In this document: positions 63,202 through 64,000 of the stretch, in pieces | Layout: each line of letters opens with the position of its first letter | Position numbering within the stretch: position 1 is the stretch's first letter | DNA from: Albugo candida | Taxonomy: Eukaryota | Assembly: GCA_040437565.1 (NCBI GenBank) | Contig: JBDOQK010000010.1 | Coordinates: 248,001-312,000 of the forward strand | Reading direction: 5' to 3' | DNA length: 64,000 nt | The notes under the pieces: generated by a model | Seen by the model: only the letters and a program-made list of their open reading frames with translations | Told to the model about the DNA's origin: nothing | Databases searched by the model: none | Program-made: the position numbers and the translations under genes

Positions 63202-64000
63202 CAGTACCCTCCGGAAAAGATTAGCCGCCCCAAATTTTTACCACTTTATGAAACAAACACTTTGACTTCCGAAGCATGATACCCACGCGTGATGAGTAAT
63301 CTGCCCATGAAATCTGATACAAAACTTTTACAGTATACAACCCTGCAATCCTTCAGAATTTTTTCTCCGAATGATGATTTTATGATGATAATAGTATATA
63401 TAGGAAAAATACATGCTACCAGCGAGTAGAACTCCATTTTACTTCAATTACTGCTTCGATCCTCACTGGCATGGAGTTAACAAGATGCTGTATCCACTCT
63501 GGATCAATAGAAGACCATATCTGTTTGAGTTGAAGCCATATCTCCTCGCTGTTTTTTGGCTTTGGGGAGCTTTGGATGGCTGCTTTCTTCTTTGCCCATA
63601 CATTCTAAATGGGATTGAGATCAGGAGAGTTTGAAGGCCATTCTACCTTGTCAACGCTGCGCTCGTCAGGCCATTTTTCGGGCGCTTTTGCGAGATGGAT
63701 AGGCGCACCATCTTCCATGAGTATGACACTTCCAGCATTATCAAGGCCTTCCCAGAATCCAGCCAACTCACCATCGTACACCTGTGCGACAAAGTCAGCT
63801 GCTGTTCGACGATATGGTGCCATACACACAAGCTGGCTTTTTTGTTATCCTGAAAGGCACATCATACCATAACTAGAGAAGGCCCTGACTTGTAAGAAGG
63901 TGCCAGATAGTCTGATTGTTACCTCTCATTGGTAAATCTCCAGACCAGAGGTCGGCGAAAATTCTTCCCAATTTAAAAGCTTGCCTCATCAGTCCAGTAG
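63202..64000 (-). mobile_element. Tc1/mariner (DD34E) transposon, inactive, running off the window
   Basis: WTDEASF; MEDGAPIH; WPSNSPDLNPI* (catalytic E position is TAG); NVW..LVNSMPVRIEAVI..TRW* ending at 63416. Terminus TA|CAGTACCCTCCG at 63200-63213. Confidence 0.92.

Overview
Eukaryotic, intron-containing scaffold, almost certainly from an oomycete. Very short GT-AG introns (about 45-80 nt), tiny intergenic spacers and oomycete INR/FPR promoter motifs suggest an Albugo-like compact genome; the taxon is an inference. The window has two halves. (1) About 1-35.8 kb is gene-dense: a centrosomin-motif (CM1) coiled-coil protein, a small DnaJ protein ending in a CaaX box, a four-domain EEEE voltage-gated Ca2+ channel, a BED-finger/RraA-aldolase fusion, a CUE protein, an FHA/RING-CH ligase, a tandem PLC-type PH protein, ER glucosidase I (GH63), a 3xPH-Zn ribbon-Arb2/FAM172-AGC kinase, and a membrane-anchored GH81 glucanase. 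(2) About 36-64 kb is gene-poor and full of decayed transposons: L1-like LINE remnants, three copia fragments (two with LTR and PPT), a MITE, a Tc1 transposon and a possible Helitron, with one orphan membrane protein. Eleven 100-N gaps are present, and many are flanked by duplicated sequence (assembly overlap). The best novelty candidates are the Akt/S6K-like kinase carrying an Arb2/FAM172A-like domain and the BED-RraA fusion. All domain calls come from manual motif recognition, not database searches.
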